Origin: an uncultured Gammaproteobacteria bacterium
Lineage (GTDB): Bacteria; Patescibacteriota; Microgenomatia; UBA10105; UBA927
Assembly (NCBI GenBank): GCA_964629685.1
Contig: CAZVTT010000001.1
Location: forward strand, 513,319-577,318
Direction of reading: 5' to 3'
Length of the DNA: 64,000 nucleotides
Shown here: in pieces, positions 20,327 through 29,467 of the stretch
How the letters are laid out: each line of letters starts with the position of its first letter
Numbering within the stretch: the first letter of the stretch is position 1
Made by a program: the position numbers and the translations under genes
Notes under the pieces: model-generated
What the model was told of the DNA's origin: nothing
Database searches by the model: none
Seen by the model: only the letters and a program-made list of their open reading frames with translations

Positions 20327-20815
20327 TTATTTTGTGGGAGTCGGACTCGTTGCTCCGGGTACTCTAAGAATCGGGTTTAATTGGATGTTTTGGGCTGTAA
20401 TACTGCCGTCAGAATTTTCCTGACCAAATACAGCGACAGTTTCACCTGGCTTTAATTGGTCTTTGGTGGCCTTATCCGCTTTATTAATATCGGTGGTTTC
20501 AGCCACAATAACAATTTTGCTGCTACCATCCTGCAGTTTTACGGTAATGGATTTATCATCAGAACTGATAATTTCTCCTGAAACCGGTCTAATTCCGTTC
20601 CGCATTGCACCGCCAGAAGCAGAACCGTTACCTGTTCTTCCTGTTTGGCCGCGCTGCATCATTTGGCCATTCACGCCGCCAAAAAATCTTGGTTGTTTGG
20701 TTTCCTGATACTTCATCCCGGCAAAAAATGAAATTGCACCGACGAGTATTGCTATCACTAATAACGGTGCTGCAGTTTTCGGCAGGGAAGCGGTGTTTTT
20801 CTTATCTTCTTTCAT
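20327..20815 (-). CDS. Membrane-anchored accessory protein (OB-fold/DUF5666-like) of the MacAB-like operon
   Basis: TM with FFAGMKY, Gly-rich linker, GEI...D..SITVKL.DGSSKIV; AGGAGG upstream. Confidence 0.7.
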   Translation of the reverse strand: MKEDKKNTASLPKTAAPLLVIAILVGAISFFAGMKYQETKQPRFFGGVNGQMMQRGQTGRTGNGSASGGAMRNGIRPVSGEIISSDDKSITVKLQDGSSKIVIVAETTDINKADKATKDQLKPGETVAVFGQENSDGSITAQNIQLNPILRVPGATSPTPTK

Positions 20816-20845
20816 AGAGTCCTCCTATTAATTAATGTTATAAGA

Positions 20846-22069
20846 TTATTCATACCGTAATGCTTCAATCGGTTGGAGATTAGCTGCTTTTCTGGCCGGA
20901 TACCAACCGAATAATATCCCTATGCCTCCCGAAACACCAATAGCCAACAGTACTGCCGCAGGGGAAACAGTAAACGGAATGGAGATAGCTTTAGACAATA
21001 TATAGGAAACGGCGATTCCGGTTGCCATGCCAATCATACCGCCGGTAAATGTTAGGAGAATTGCTTCAATTAAAAACTGTGTAATAATAATGTTCTTTTT
21101 CGCTCCTAAGGCTTTCCGTAGTCCTATTTCTCTTGTACGTTCCGTTACGGTTACCAACATGATGTTCATAATGCCAATGCCACCGACAAGAAGCGAGATA
21201 GCCGCAATACCTCCAAGTAATGTCGTAAATGTACCCGTTACCTGAGAAGCGGTATTCAAAATATCATTTTGTGAAAATATGGAGAAATCCGCTTCCGTGG
21301 GATCACTCAGTTTATGTCTTTCCAACAATAGATAACCCACTTCGTTTTGGGCTGCCGTCATAACATTTTTATCTTTGGCTTCAACGGCAATAGTAGATAC
21401 ATAGTTAGCACCGAAAAGTTGTTTCTGGGCAGTTGATAGGGGTACATAAATGGCGTCATCGGGGTTGTTAAATCCTGTGCCGCCTTTTGAAACGGTTACA
21501 CCGATTACCGTTAACGATTGACCATCGATTCTGATACTCTGTCCCACCGGGTTAGACTCTTCACCGAATAGATTTGCTGCTGCGGTAGGTCCAAGTACGG
21601 CTACTTTCGTCATACTGCTTACGTCCCGGTCCGAGATAAACACACCGGATGACATTGTTATCTTCCTAATGTCTGCATATTGCGGATAAACACCGGTAAT
21701 TTGCGTATTCGTATTGTTTCTTCCCGCAGTGACCTGAGACCGTCGGGATAATTCAGGAGAGACGCTATTTACGGTGGTGATTTTGGGTGAAGACTGTATG
21801 GCTTTCGCGTCATCCAGGGTTAATGTTGTTCCGCCTCCTGCTGCACCCCGTATTCCTCCTGACGATTGTCCGCCGGGAATAACCGTCAGTAAATTGGAGC
21901 CGAGAGATTGAATTTGATTTTCAATGGATTTCTGGCTACCTTGCCCAAGTGAGATAAGCGTAATAACGCTACCTATTCCGATAATTATTCCCAGAATCGC
22001 CAGACCAGTCCGGAGTTTATTAAGGGTTAGTGTACCGATACATTCTTTAAAAAGTTCTATAATATCCAT
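20846..22069 (-). CDS. MacB/FtsX-family ABC permease
   Basis: NKLRT.L..LGIIIG, ISLLVGGIGIMNIMLV.VTERTREIGLRKALGA, PA.KAA.L.PIEALRYE. Confidence 0.95.
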   Translation of the reverse strand: MDIIELFKECIGTLTLNKLRTGLAILGIIIGIGSVITLISLGQGSQKSIENQIQSLGSNLLTVIPGGQSSGGIRGAAGGGTTLTLDDAKAIQSSPKITTVNSVSPELSRRSQVTAGRNNTNTQITGVYPQYADIRKITMSSGVFISDRDVSSMTKVAVLGPTAAANLFGEESNPVGQSIRIDGQSLTVIGVTVSKGGTGFNNPDDAIYVPLSTAQKQLFGANYVSTIAVEAKDKNVMTAAQNEVGYLLLERHKLSDPTEADFSIFSQNDILNTASQVTGTFTTLLGGIAAISLLVGGIGIMNIMLVTVTERTREIGLRKALGAKKNIIITQFLIEAILLTFTGGMIGMATGIAVSYILSKAISIPFTVSPAAVLLAIGVSGGIGILFGWYPARKAANLQPIEALRYE

Positions 22070-22071
22070 GC

Positions 22072-22782
22072 TTATTCAGGTTTAAACTTCGCTTTTACTT
22101 GTTTCATATTTTTTTTATCATCACCTAGTTTTCCGTCACGGATAGTAATAATTCTTCCGGCATGGGCTGCAATATCCGGTTCATGGGTAATCATAACTAT
22201 GGTGTTACCGTTCTCATGAACGTGTTGAAAAATACCCATTATCTCCTCAGCCTGAGCGGTAGCAATATTACCGGTAGGCTCATCTGCCAGGAGTATGGAA
22301 GGATTCATGGCAAGTCCTCTGGCTATGGCAACTCGCTGTTGCTGACCTCCGGAAAGTTGATTAGAAGTATGGTGTATGCGGTTTGCCAAACCTACCATCT
22401 CCAGGAACTTTGTAGCTTTTTCCAGCCTTTCCGTTTTAGGTATTCCGGCGTACACCATTGGCAGCATGACATTTTTTAGTGCTGAGGTGCGGGGTAATAG
22501 ATTAAATGACTGAAAAATGAAACCGATTTTGCGATTCCTAATATCCGCAAGTTCGTCATCGGTGAGCGCGGAAACCTTTTCATTATCCAGAATATATTCA
22601 CCGGAAGTGGGAAGATCCAAAGCTCCCAGAATGTGCATAAGAGTGGATTTTCCCGAACCTGATGGACCCATTATGGCTACGAATTCGCCTTTTTCTACGG
22701 AAAAAGATACGTCAGAGAGCGCCACGGTTTCCAGAAGTTCTGTTTTGTATATTTTCGATATATGTGAAAGTTGAATGATCAT
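22072..22782 (-). CDS. MacB/LolD-family ABC ATPase
   Basis: GPSGSGKST, IGFIFQSFNL, LSGGQQQR, ADEPTG. Confidence 0.95.
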   Translation of the reverse strand: MIIQLSHISKIYKTELLETVALSDVSFSVEKGEFVAIMGPSGSGKSTLMHILGALDLPTSGEYILDNEKVSALTDDELADIRNRKIGFIFQSFNLLPRTSALKNVMLPMVYAGIPKTERLEKATKFLEMVGLANRIHHTSNQLSGGQQQRVAIARGLAMNPSILLADEPTGNIATAQAEEIMGIFQHVHENGNTIVMITHEPDIAAHAGRIITIRDGKLGDDKKNMKQVKAKFKPE

Positions 22783-22795
22783 AGAAATCCATAGA

Positions 22796-24124
22796 TTATC
22801 TGGTTATCCGTACCTGATTACCGCCGGATGCACTTCGGAATGCGCCCCCTCCAAACCCAGCGCTAAACGGAGAAGTTGTTTGGGTACTACTACTGGTTGA
22901 ACCGGTATTTGATGTACTCGTAACCACTGTATCTCCTTCTGTTAAGCCGGATACAATCTCCGTATCGGTGTCCGAGGCAATTCCGGTTTGTACCGTTACC
23001 CGTTCAGGTTGGTTATTTTTCATGATCTGTACATATGATTCATCGTTTTGGGTTTGAATTGCGCTGGTAGGAATGTGAATAACATCATTCTTTACCTGAG
23101 TAAGAATGTTTGCCTGCGCAGACATGTTAGAGAGTATATCCGGTACTTCCGTATCAAATTTAATTGTAGTGGGGTAGGTGGTAACTCCCGACGATACGCT
23201 GCCTACTGTGTCTATACTAATAACTTGTCCGGTGTATGATTTTCCCGGAAAGGCATCAAGCGTTATAGTCGCTTTATTTCCAATTTTTACGTTGGGAACA
23301 TCTATCTCCGTAAGATTAATGGTAATAGTAGGTGGTGCATTTGTTTTTATACTCGCAACTTTCTGAGACGTAATTGTGCCCGTAGTAGTATTCTGTGAAG
23401 TTAATACGGTTCCCTCCTGTAAGGAAAGTCCCGTAACCGTACCGGATATGGGTGCATAAATAACCGGTGAAGTCTGCTGATATGAGAGCCAGGCAGAATT
23501 GAGAGACAATTGTGCCTGAGCCACCACATTTTGCTGTGTTTTATATTTCGCTTCAGCCGCTAACCATCCGTCCTGACTGATGATAAATTCCGGCAATATC
23601 CGATTATTGGTATTGGGACTTCCGTCCGGATTGGTGTATGTAGAATTGTTGGCTAGATCGGTAAATTTCTTATTCTGGGTGAATAACTCCGCCTGTAATG
23701 TATAGTAGCTGGTATTTGCATTCTCCAGGTTATTTTTTGCGCTTTGATAAGAGGCAAGTGCCTGCGAATAGTTTTGCTTCGCAGTTTGGTCAAGTTCGAT
23801 TTCCGCAATAATGTCTCCCTGTTTTACCAGTTGGCCATTTTTGACATGTATCTTGGTTACCACTCCTGAGGCTTGGGTTCCTATGGAACCGCTATTGGCG
23901 TTCGAAACCTGTCCGGAAGCACTAATGGAAACAATAAGTGTTCCTTTCTCTGCGGTCGCAGTTTGATACTGCACTGCTGACTGATTAGATTTTATCCTTG
24001 TGGAAATAAACCATCCCAGTACGATAAGCAGCACCAGTCCGACTATTTTGGTTCGCAGAGAGCGCTGCCAAATCCATCGGGTCAAGTAAGAAAATGTTTT
24101 TAGAAGCGATGTAAATAAATTCAT
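22796..24124 (-). CDS. MacA-like membrane fusion/adaptor protein
   Basis: TM, SG.V..I.V..GQ.VK.GD, coiled coil, APISGTV, IPTSAI, EIVSGL.EGD.V. Confidence 0.9.
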   Translation of the reverse strand: MNLFTSLLKTFSYLTRWIWQRSLRTKIVGLVLLIVLGWFISTRIKSNQSAVQYQTATAEKGTLIVSISASGQVSNANSGSIGTQASGVVTKIHVKNGQLVKQGDIIAEIELDQTAKQNYSQALASYQSAKNNLENANTSYYTLQAELFTQNKKFTDLANNSTYTNPDGSPNTNNRILPEFIISQDGWLAAEAKYKTQQNVVAQAQLSLNSAWLSYQQTSPVIYAPISGTVTGLSLQEGTVLTSQNTTTGTITSQKVASIKTNAPPTITINLTEIDVPNVKIGNKATITLDAFPGKSYTGQVISIDTVGSVSSGVTTYPTTIKFDTEVPDILSNMSAQANILTQVKNDVIHIPTSAIQTQNDESYVQIMKNNQPERVTVQTGIASDTDTEIVSGLTEGDTVVTSTSNTGSTSSSTQTTSPFSAGFGGGAFRSASGGNQVRITR

Positions 24125-24132
24125 ATATGTTG

Positions 24133-24164
24133 ATTATAGTAACCGTACCTGAAAAAAAACTGAA
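24133..24164 (-). promoter_or_regulatory. TATAAT plus TTCAG-N6-TTCAG direct repeat (OmpR/PhoB-type site) upstream of the efflux operon
   Basis: Plus-strand ctgaa at 24149 and 24160 (11-bp period); attata at 24133-24138. Confidence 0.6.
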
Positions 24165-24180
24165 AGTATTACGTATACAG

Positions 24181-25242
24181 TTAAACAGTAGTTTTTCCCG
24201 GCAAGCGGATAGTAAATATTGTTGATTTTCCCGGTATACTTTCTACGCTGATTGTTCCGTTATGGGTGTCGACAATTTTTTTGGCGATAGCCAGACCCAA
24301 GCCATACCCGGGCTTATTTGCCTGTGAACGGGCGACGTCTGCCCTATAGAAGCGGTCAAAAACGTGCGGTAAATCCTTTTTTTGAATGCCGATTCCTGCA
24401 TCTTTAACTGTACAAATTGCCCAACCGTCATGCCTTGAAAGGTTTACGGAAACCGACAGACCTTCCTGGCTGTATTTAATGGCATTATCGAGAAGTATTA
24501 TAAGTAAATCCTGTAAAGCAAATTTATTTCCCATTACCGAAACGTCTTCAGAATCTACTTCAAGTGAAATACGCTTTACTGACGCCAGGGGTTCTATTTT
24601 TTCTACAGCTTTCGCTATGACTTCGTGGAAAGCAACGGGTTCAAACACTGAGTTTCCGTTCGGATGTTGATATTGTGCCAGCTGTAGTAGTGCATCCGAT
24701 AAGGATTGCAGTTTGTTTACATCTTCTAAGTTTCCTTTTATAAGCGTTTTTGCTTCAGACACGGTTAAATGTTTGTCGCGTAAATGAACTTCTAATGCAC
24801 TCTTAAGTGCGGTTAGCGGTGTACGGAGTTCGTGTGACGCATCGGAAATAAACCTGTTTTGTTCGTCCATCATCTCCTGAATGGGTTTTAGTGTGCGACC
24901 TGCCAGTATATAGCCTAATAATCCCGCGAAAACGAAAATACTTCCGTTTATAATTACCAGTGTCATAACAACCCGGTTTCGTATTTCTTCCACCAATTCG
25001 TTGTCGGTGGAAATGATGAGCGCCCGGTACGGGTCTGGGGGTGAAAAGGCTTCATTCTGTAGTCGTTGTTCTATCCGGAAGCGCTGCATCCTTGAAAATC
25101 GTTCGACTTCCTGCATTAGGAATCCGTAAATAACCAGGCTAAACGCGATACTGATACACATGATAATCAGCAAATACCAACTGGTGAGTTTTAGTCTGGC
25201 CGAACGAAACATATTATGATTCCAGTTTATAACCGAAGCCAC
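24181..25242 (-). CDS. Sensor histidine kinase
   Basis: Two TMs, DASHELRTPL H-box, DNAIKYS, D.G.GI, FDRFYR, GLGLAIA; true start may be a few codons downstream. Confidence 0.93.
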   Translation of the reverse strand: MASVINWNHNMFRSARLKLTSWYLLIIMCISIAFSLVIYGFLMQEVERFSRMQRFRIEQRLQNEAFSPPDPYRALIISTDNELVEEIRNRVVMTLVIINGSIFVFAGLLGYILAGRTLKPIQEMMDEQNRFISDASHELRTPLTALKSALEVHLRDKHLTVSEAKTLIKGNLEDVNKLQSLSDALLQLAQYQHPNGNSVFEPVAFHEVIAKAVEKIEPLASVKRISLEVDSEDVSVMGNKFALQDLLIILLDNAIKYSQEGLSVSVNLSRHDGWAICTVKDAGIGIQKKDLPHVFDRFYRADVARSQANKPGYGLGLAIAKKIVDTHNGTISVESIPGKSTIFTIRLPGKTTV

Positions 25243-25888
25243 GAACTGTATGAATAAGCGGGTTTTGTTTGGGAAACGGCAAATCTATTTTATTCCTGAG
25301 ATTTCTGATATAAACTTCTACCGTATTAGGAAGTATATCGGCGTCGTAATCCCATACATGATTTATAATATGTTCCTTGGTTAAAATCGTATTGGCGTTT
25401 CTGATCATGTATTCCAAGAGTGCAAACTCTTTTCCTGACAACTTTATTTCCGTGTCTCCCCGGGTAACTTTGTACAGTTTCGGATCGAGATGTAAATTTC
25501 CGACGGAAATGGTGGTATCTATGCTGTGTTTTGGTCTTCTGTTTAGCGCTCTGATTCTGGCCAATAATTCTTCAAAAGAAAATGGTTTGGTCATGTAGTC
25601 ATCAGCCCCCGAATCCAGGCCGTCTACTTTATCATGTGTTTGGCTTTTGGCGGTGAGCATGAGAATTGGTGTATGAATATGTTGTTTCCGCAGTGTTTGG
25701 CAAACGGTGACTCCGTCCATTTCAGGGAGCATTCGGTCCAGAATAATACAGTCATATTCTTCTCCGGTGGCTAAATCTAAACCTTCAGTTCCGGTGTGAG
25801 CCATATCTACTGCATAACGTTCCTGTTCCAGGCCCTTTTTAATTGACTGGGCTATCCGGTGTTCATCTTCGATGATGAGTATTCTCAT
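25214..25888 (-). CDS. OmpR/PhoB-family response regulator
   Basis: MRILIIED, LDRMLP.MDG, GADDY.TKPF, HTVRGFGY; start ATG 25888. Confidence 0.95.
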   Translation of the reverse strand: MRILIIEDEHRIAQSIKKGLEQERYAVDMAHTGTEGLDLATGEEYDCIILDRMLPEMDGVTVCQTLRKQHIHTPILMLTAKSQTHDKVDGLDSGADDYMTKPFSFEELLARIRALNRRPKHSIDTTISVGNLHLDPKLYKVTRGDTEIKLSGKEFALLEYMIRNANTILTKEHIINHVWDYDADILPNTVEVYIRNLRNKIDLPFPKQNPLIHTVRGFGYKLES

Positions 25889-25894
25889 GCTTCT

Positions 25895-25925
25895 ATTATA
25901 CGCGCTAACCTGAAATTTAACTGAA
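25895..25925 (-). promoter_or_regulatory. TATAAT plus TTCAG-N6-TTCAG direct repeat upstream of the response regulator
   Basis: Plus-strand ctgaa at 25910 and 25921 (11-bp period); attata at 25895-25900. Confidence 0.6.
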
Positions 25926-26007
25926 TAACAGTTACCCAAGCAGGGTAATTGTAGTTTTGATACTATATATACAGTATAGAAATTTTTATTTTGATAGGAG
26001 TAGGCAT

Positions 26008-26340
26008 ATGACTACCTATTGGTTTAAAGCAAAAAAATATGGTTGGGGATGGTACCCTTCCACCTGGCAAGGATGGCTGGTAGTAGGAGTATACCTGGTG
26101 ATTGTCGGATTTAATTTTTTTAGAATAGATTCAAATTCACAGTCCGTAGCTAACACCGTTCTGGGTTTTACTCCTGAATTTCTCGTTCTGACAGCCATTC
26201 TGATCGGAATTTGTTATGTTACCGGAGAAAAACCGGGTTGGCATTGGGGAGATAAGTCTGTTGAGCACAAACGGGTTGCAAAAACTATGAGCAAGCCCGC
26301 GGTTAAAGCTAAAGCGAAAACCAAAAAGCGAAAGAGATAA
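26008..26340 (+). CDS. Small Trp-rich membrane protein with basic tail
   Basis: WFKAKKYGWGWYP.TWQGW, two TMs, GEKP.W.WG; Lys-rich C-terminus. Confidence 0.75.
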   Translation: MTTYWFKAKKYGWGWYPSTWQGWLVVGVYLVIVGFNFFRIDSNSQSVANTVLGFTPEFLVLTAILIGICYVTGEKPGWHWGDKSVEHKRVAKTMSKPAVKAKAKTKKRKR

Positions 26341-26349
26341 GCGTTAAGG

Positions 26350-27174
26350 ATGAATATTTTACCGTGGTTTACCGGTACGGCCGGAATTATTACAAAGTAT
26401 GTTGTTTTGAGTGCTTTCTGGATCGGATTTTTCGGTGGCTTCGTACATCCGGCAGGCGAGGTGATGGGTGCAACTACTCCTTCCGGGGCCGCATATGCGG
26501 TACGTACGGTAAAAACAGATAGCGGTAGCTTCACTGTTTCGGCAGTATCTGCGGATTTAAATTCAACACGTGTGTGGGTAGACACCGCTTCTGAAAACAC
26601 TTGCACCGATAATTGTCCGGTTTTTTCGTTGGTAACGTATATAAAACGAACAGGTGCGTTTGCCGGGATTAACGGGGGCTACTTTTGTCCTGCTTCGTAT
26701 TCCGGTTGTGCCGGAAAAACTAATTCATTTGATACCCTAGTAATGAATAAGAACAAAGTATATTTTAATTCCGATAATAATATCTACAGTATTGTGCCGG
26801 CTGTTATTTTTAAAGATAACTGGGCACGATTTGTGGAGCATTCGTCTGATTGGGGACGCGATACCAGTGTTGATGCAGTTATAGCCAATCAGCCGTTACT
26901 TCTATTGAATGGAGAAATAAAATTCGGCGGAGACGGTGATCCAAAAAAAGGAAGTCGTGGAGCCAGGAGTTTTATCGGTACGAAAGGGAATGTCGTATAT
27001 ATTGGTATTGTGCGCAACGCAACTGTGGCTCAGGCGGCAATTGCGCTAAAAGCCTTAGGATTAGAAAATGCCTTAAATTTGGATAGCGGGGGTTCTACTG
27101 CATTATGGTATGGAGGGTATAAAGTAGGCCCCGGAAGAAATATACCTAATGCCATAGTTCTTGTAGCAAAGTAG
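26350..27174 (+). CDS. Phosphodiester glycosidase (NAGPA) family protein
   Basis: INGGYF, RS.IG, ALNLDSGGST, R.IPNAI. Confidence 0.85.
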   Translation: MNILPWFTGTAGIITKYVVLSAFWIGFFGGFVHPAGEVMGATTPSGAAYAVRTVKTDSGSFTVSAVSADLNSTRVWVDTASENTCTDNCPVFSLVTYIKRTGAFAGINGGYFCPASYSGCAGKTNSFDTLVMNKNKVYFNSDNNIYSIVPAVIFKDNWARFVEHSSDWGRDTSVDAVIANQPLLLLNGEIKFGGDGDPKKGSRGARSFIGTKGNVVYIGIVRNATVAQAAIALKALGLENALNLDSGGSTALWYGGYKVGPGRNIPNAIVLVAK

Positions 27175-27178
27175 TGTG

Positions 27179-28339
27179 ATGAATAAAAAATACATATTGC
27201 TCATACTGTTCGTAGGTGTTCTGGCAGTTGGCGGAGCGGTAATTGCACGGAATTACCTTAAAGTCGGAATACAGAATATTCCCACTCTCCCGGTGCGCAC
27301 TGCAGAAAGTAAACAACCCAAACCGCAGCTGGTATCCTACACAGTGGAAACCGTTGCGGAAAATTTACGGGTACCCTGGAGTATGGTTTTTACTTTACCG
27401 CAGCGGATTTTAGTATCTGAACGTACCGGCGCCATCCGTATTATTGAAAACGGGAAGCTCTTGGATAAACCGTTACGAACGTTTCCCGAAGTTGCCGCGA
27501 CGGGGGAAGCAGGATTGATGGGTATTACTCTTGATCCGAATTATGCTGACAATAAATTGCTTTACGCTGCGGTAGCATATCAGAAACAAGACAGAATGGT
27601 AATTAAGATTGTAAAGTTTTTGGATGGTGTTCCGGAAACCGCAGAACCAACAATAATTCTTGATGATATTCCGGCAGCCAGTAATCACTCCGGTACCAGA
27701 TTAAAATTCGGAATTGACGGGAAACTGTATATGACAACGGGAGATGCCCAGCAAAAAGAGTCAGCTCAGGTATCCGATTCCCGGGCAGGAAAAGTACTCC
27801 GTATGAATCGTGATGGTAGTAGTCTGGAAGTATTTGCATTAGGGTTTAGAAATAGTCAGGGATTAGATTGGGATCCGGAAACTAATGAATTGTGGGTGGT
27901 TGACCATGGTCCATCAGGATTTGACGGACCTCGGGGTGGGGATGAAATTAATTTAGTCCGACAGGGAAATAATTACGGATGGCCATTAGTATCCCATGAC
28001 AGAAATCAATCAGGTCTGGAGGCACCAAAATTAACATTTACCCCCGCAATTGCTCCGGCTGCTCTTACGTTTTATCGTGGTTCCGTGTTCCCTCAGTTTA
28101 CGTCTTCATTGTTTTTTTCCGGTCTTGTGGGAACCGGAGTTTACCGGGCAGAGTTATCAGAAGATAGACTGTCTATTTCAGGGTGGGAAAAGCTAAAAGA
28201 TATAGACGTCGGCCGTGTACGGGATATTGTGGAGGGACCTGAGGGGTATTTATACTTTACAACAAGCAATACCGATGGTCGGGGAACCAAGCGTGCGGGT
28301 GACGATAAAATTTACCGTTTAGTTCCAGTTTCTCCGTAG
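27179..28339 (+). CDS. PQQ-dependent sugar dehydrogenase family (GSDH) beta-propeller
   Basis: PWSM.F, GEAGLMGI..DP, H.G..L.FG.DG.LY.TTGD, GFRNSQG, DEIN, NYGWP, GRVRD. Confidence 0.9.
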   Translation: MNKKYILLILFVGVLAVGGAVIARNYLKVGIQNIPTLPVRTAESKQPKPQLVSYTVETVAENLRVPWSMVFTLPQRILVSERTGAIRIIENGKLLDKPLRTFPEVAATGEAGLMGITLDPNYADNKLLYAAVAYQKQDRMVIKIVKFLDGVPETAEPTIILDDIPAASNHSGTRLKFGIDGKLYMTTGDAQQKESAQVSDSRAGKVLRMNRDGSSLEVFALGFRNSQGLDWDPETNELWVVDHGPSGFDGPRGGDEINLVRQGNNYGWPLVSHDRNQSGLEAPKLTFTPAIAPAALTFYRGSVFPQFTSSLFFSGLVGTGVYRAELSEDRLSISGWEKLKDIDVGRVRDIVEGPEGYLYFTTSNTDGRGTKRAGDDKIYRLVPVSP

Positions 28340-29467
28340 TTATAGTACCGCAATGCTGTTTACGTAAAGACCGTACACAATAAGTGCTCCTACGCTGCCT
28401 GCAAATCCATAACGTAACCAAATGGGTTTTCGTATTCTATTGATGATTTCAATTACTGACCAGCTTGTAGAAATACATAAAAACGGATATGCAGGTAAAA
28501 TATACCAGGCTAATTTAGTTCGAACCAAAGAAAGTACCCCAATATAGGTTAACGAAAGAATAGTGCTGAATTTTACAATGTGCGGCATGGTTTTCCACCG
28601 GGATATCATATACGGAAGCAGTATCGTAAATATCCCTCCCGTTGAGGATACTTGCGGATCGACAAGTATTTTTATATAGAACCACCATGGTTGGTTATGT
28701 CCCTCCAATGCATGGCTTGCGCGTTGGAAGAGATGATATCCGATATGGTCGGAGATAAAGGAAGAACCAAAAGTTAAAGTCATAAACAGATACCATGGCA
28801 GTGTCACAATTACGCATGTGCAACAGGCAATTAGGGTTTTACGGTAACTATCAGAAGGCTTTGTAAACAGTACAAACAGACTGGTAATACCCAGCACAAA
28901 AAATGCTACCGGACCTTTGGTCAGTACTGCTAATCCGAAACAGATACCACTCGTAACGTAATCCCTGTGTTTTTCGGTACCGAATAGGAAAAAATGTACG
29001 CCCCAAAGTAAAAGCAGAATTTGCAGGGCATCCATATCAGCGGAGCGAAACGTATGTGTTGAAAAAAATCCTCCGGCATTTGTTCTGAATAATTGTCCCG
29101 TGCTGAGAACCAGCAATACCGCTAAGTTTGCTGCTCGGGTAGATAATTGGGTATTTATCATGAATATTACGGTAAGCACAATAAACATTCCGGAAGCGGC
29201 AGTTACAACCCTTAATCCCTGTATTTCGTTGGTAAAAATTTTTACGGCGATGCCGGTTAAGTAATACCAAAGTGGAGGTTTTTCGAAAAAAGGTTTATTG
29301 TCCAGAGAAAGTATCCAATTCGGTTGCTGCACAAATTCCCGTATGACAGTACTATTTGTAGTTTCATCCCAACGCTCCAATGGTTGCCGCGACAGGTTAG
29401 CGAAAATAAGGAACACTGAAAAAAGAAATACTATGACAGTATTTATATTAAAGACAGATTTTTTCAT
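28340..29467 (-). CDS. ArnT/PMT-like GT-C glycosyltransferase
   Basis: WDE in first loop, FFEKPPL.Y, LTKGP, H.QPWWFY, KL.WYILP.YP. Confidence 0.85.
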   Translation of the reverse strand: MKKSVFNINTVIVFLFSVFLIFANLSRQPLERWDETTNSTVIREFVQQPNWILSLDNKPFFEKPPLWYYLTGIAVKIFTNEIQGLRVVTAASGMFIVLTVIFMINTQLSTRAANLAVLLVLSTGQLFRTNAGGFFSTHTFRSADMDALQILLLLWGVHFFLFGTEKHRDYVTSGICFGLAVLTKGPVAFFVLGITSLFVLFTKPSDSYRKTLIACCTCVIVTLPWYLFMTLTFGSSFISDHIGYHLFQRASHALEGHNQPWWFYIKILVDPQVSSTGGIFTILLPYMISRWKTMPHIVKFSTILSLTYIGVLSLVRTKLAWYILPAYPFLCISTSWSVIEIINRIRKPIWLRYGFAGSVGALIVYGLYVNSIAVL

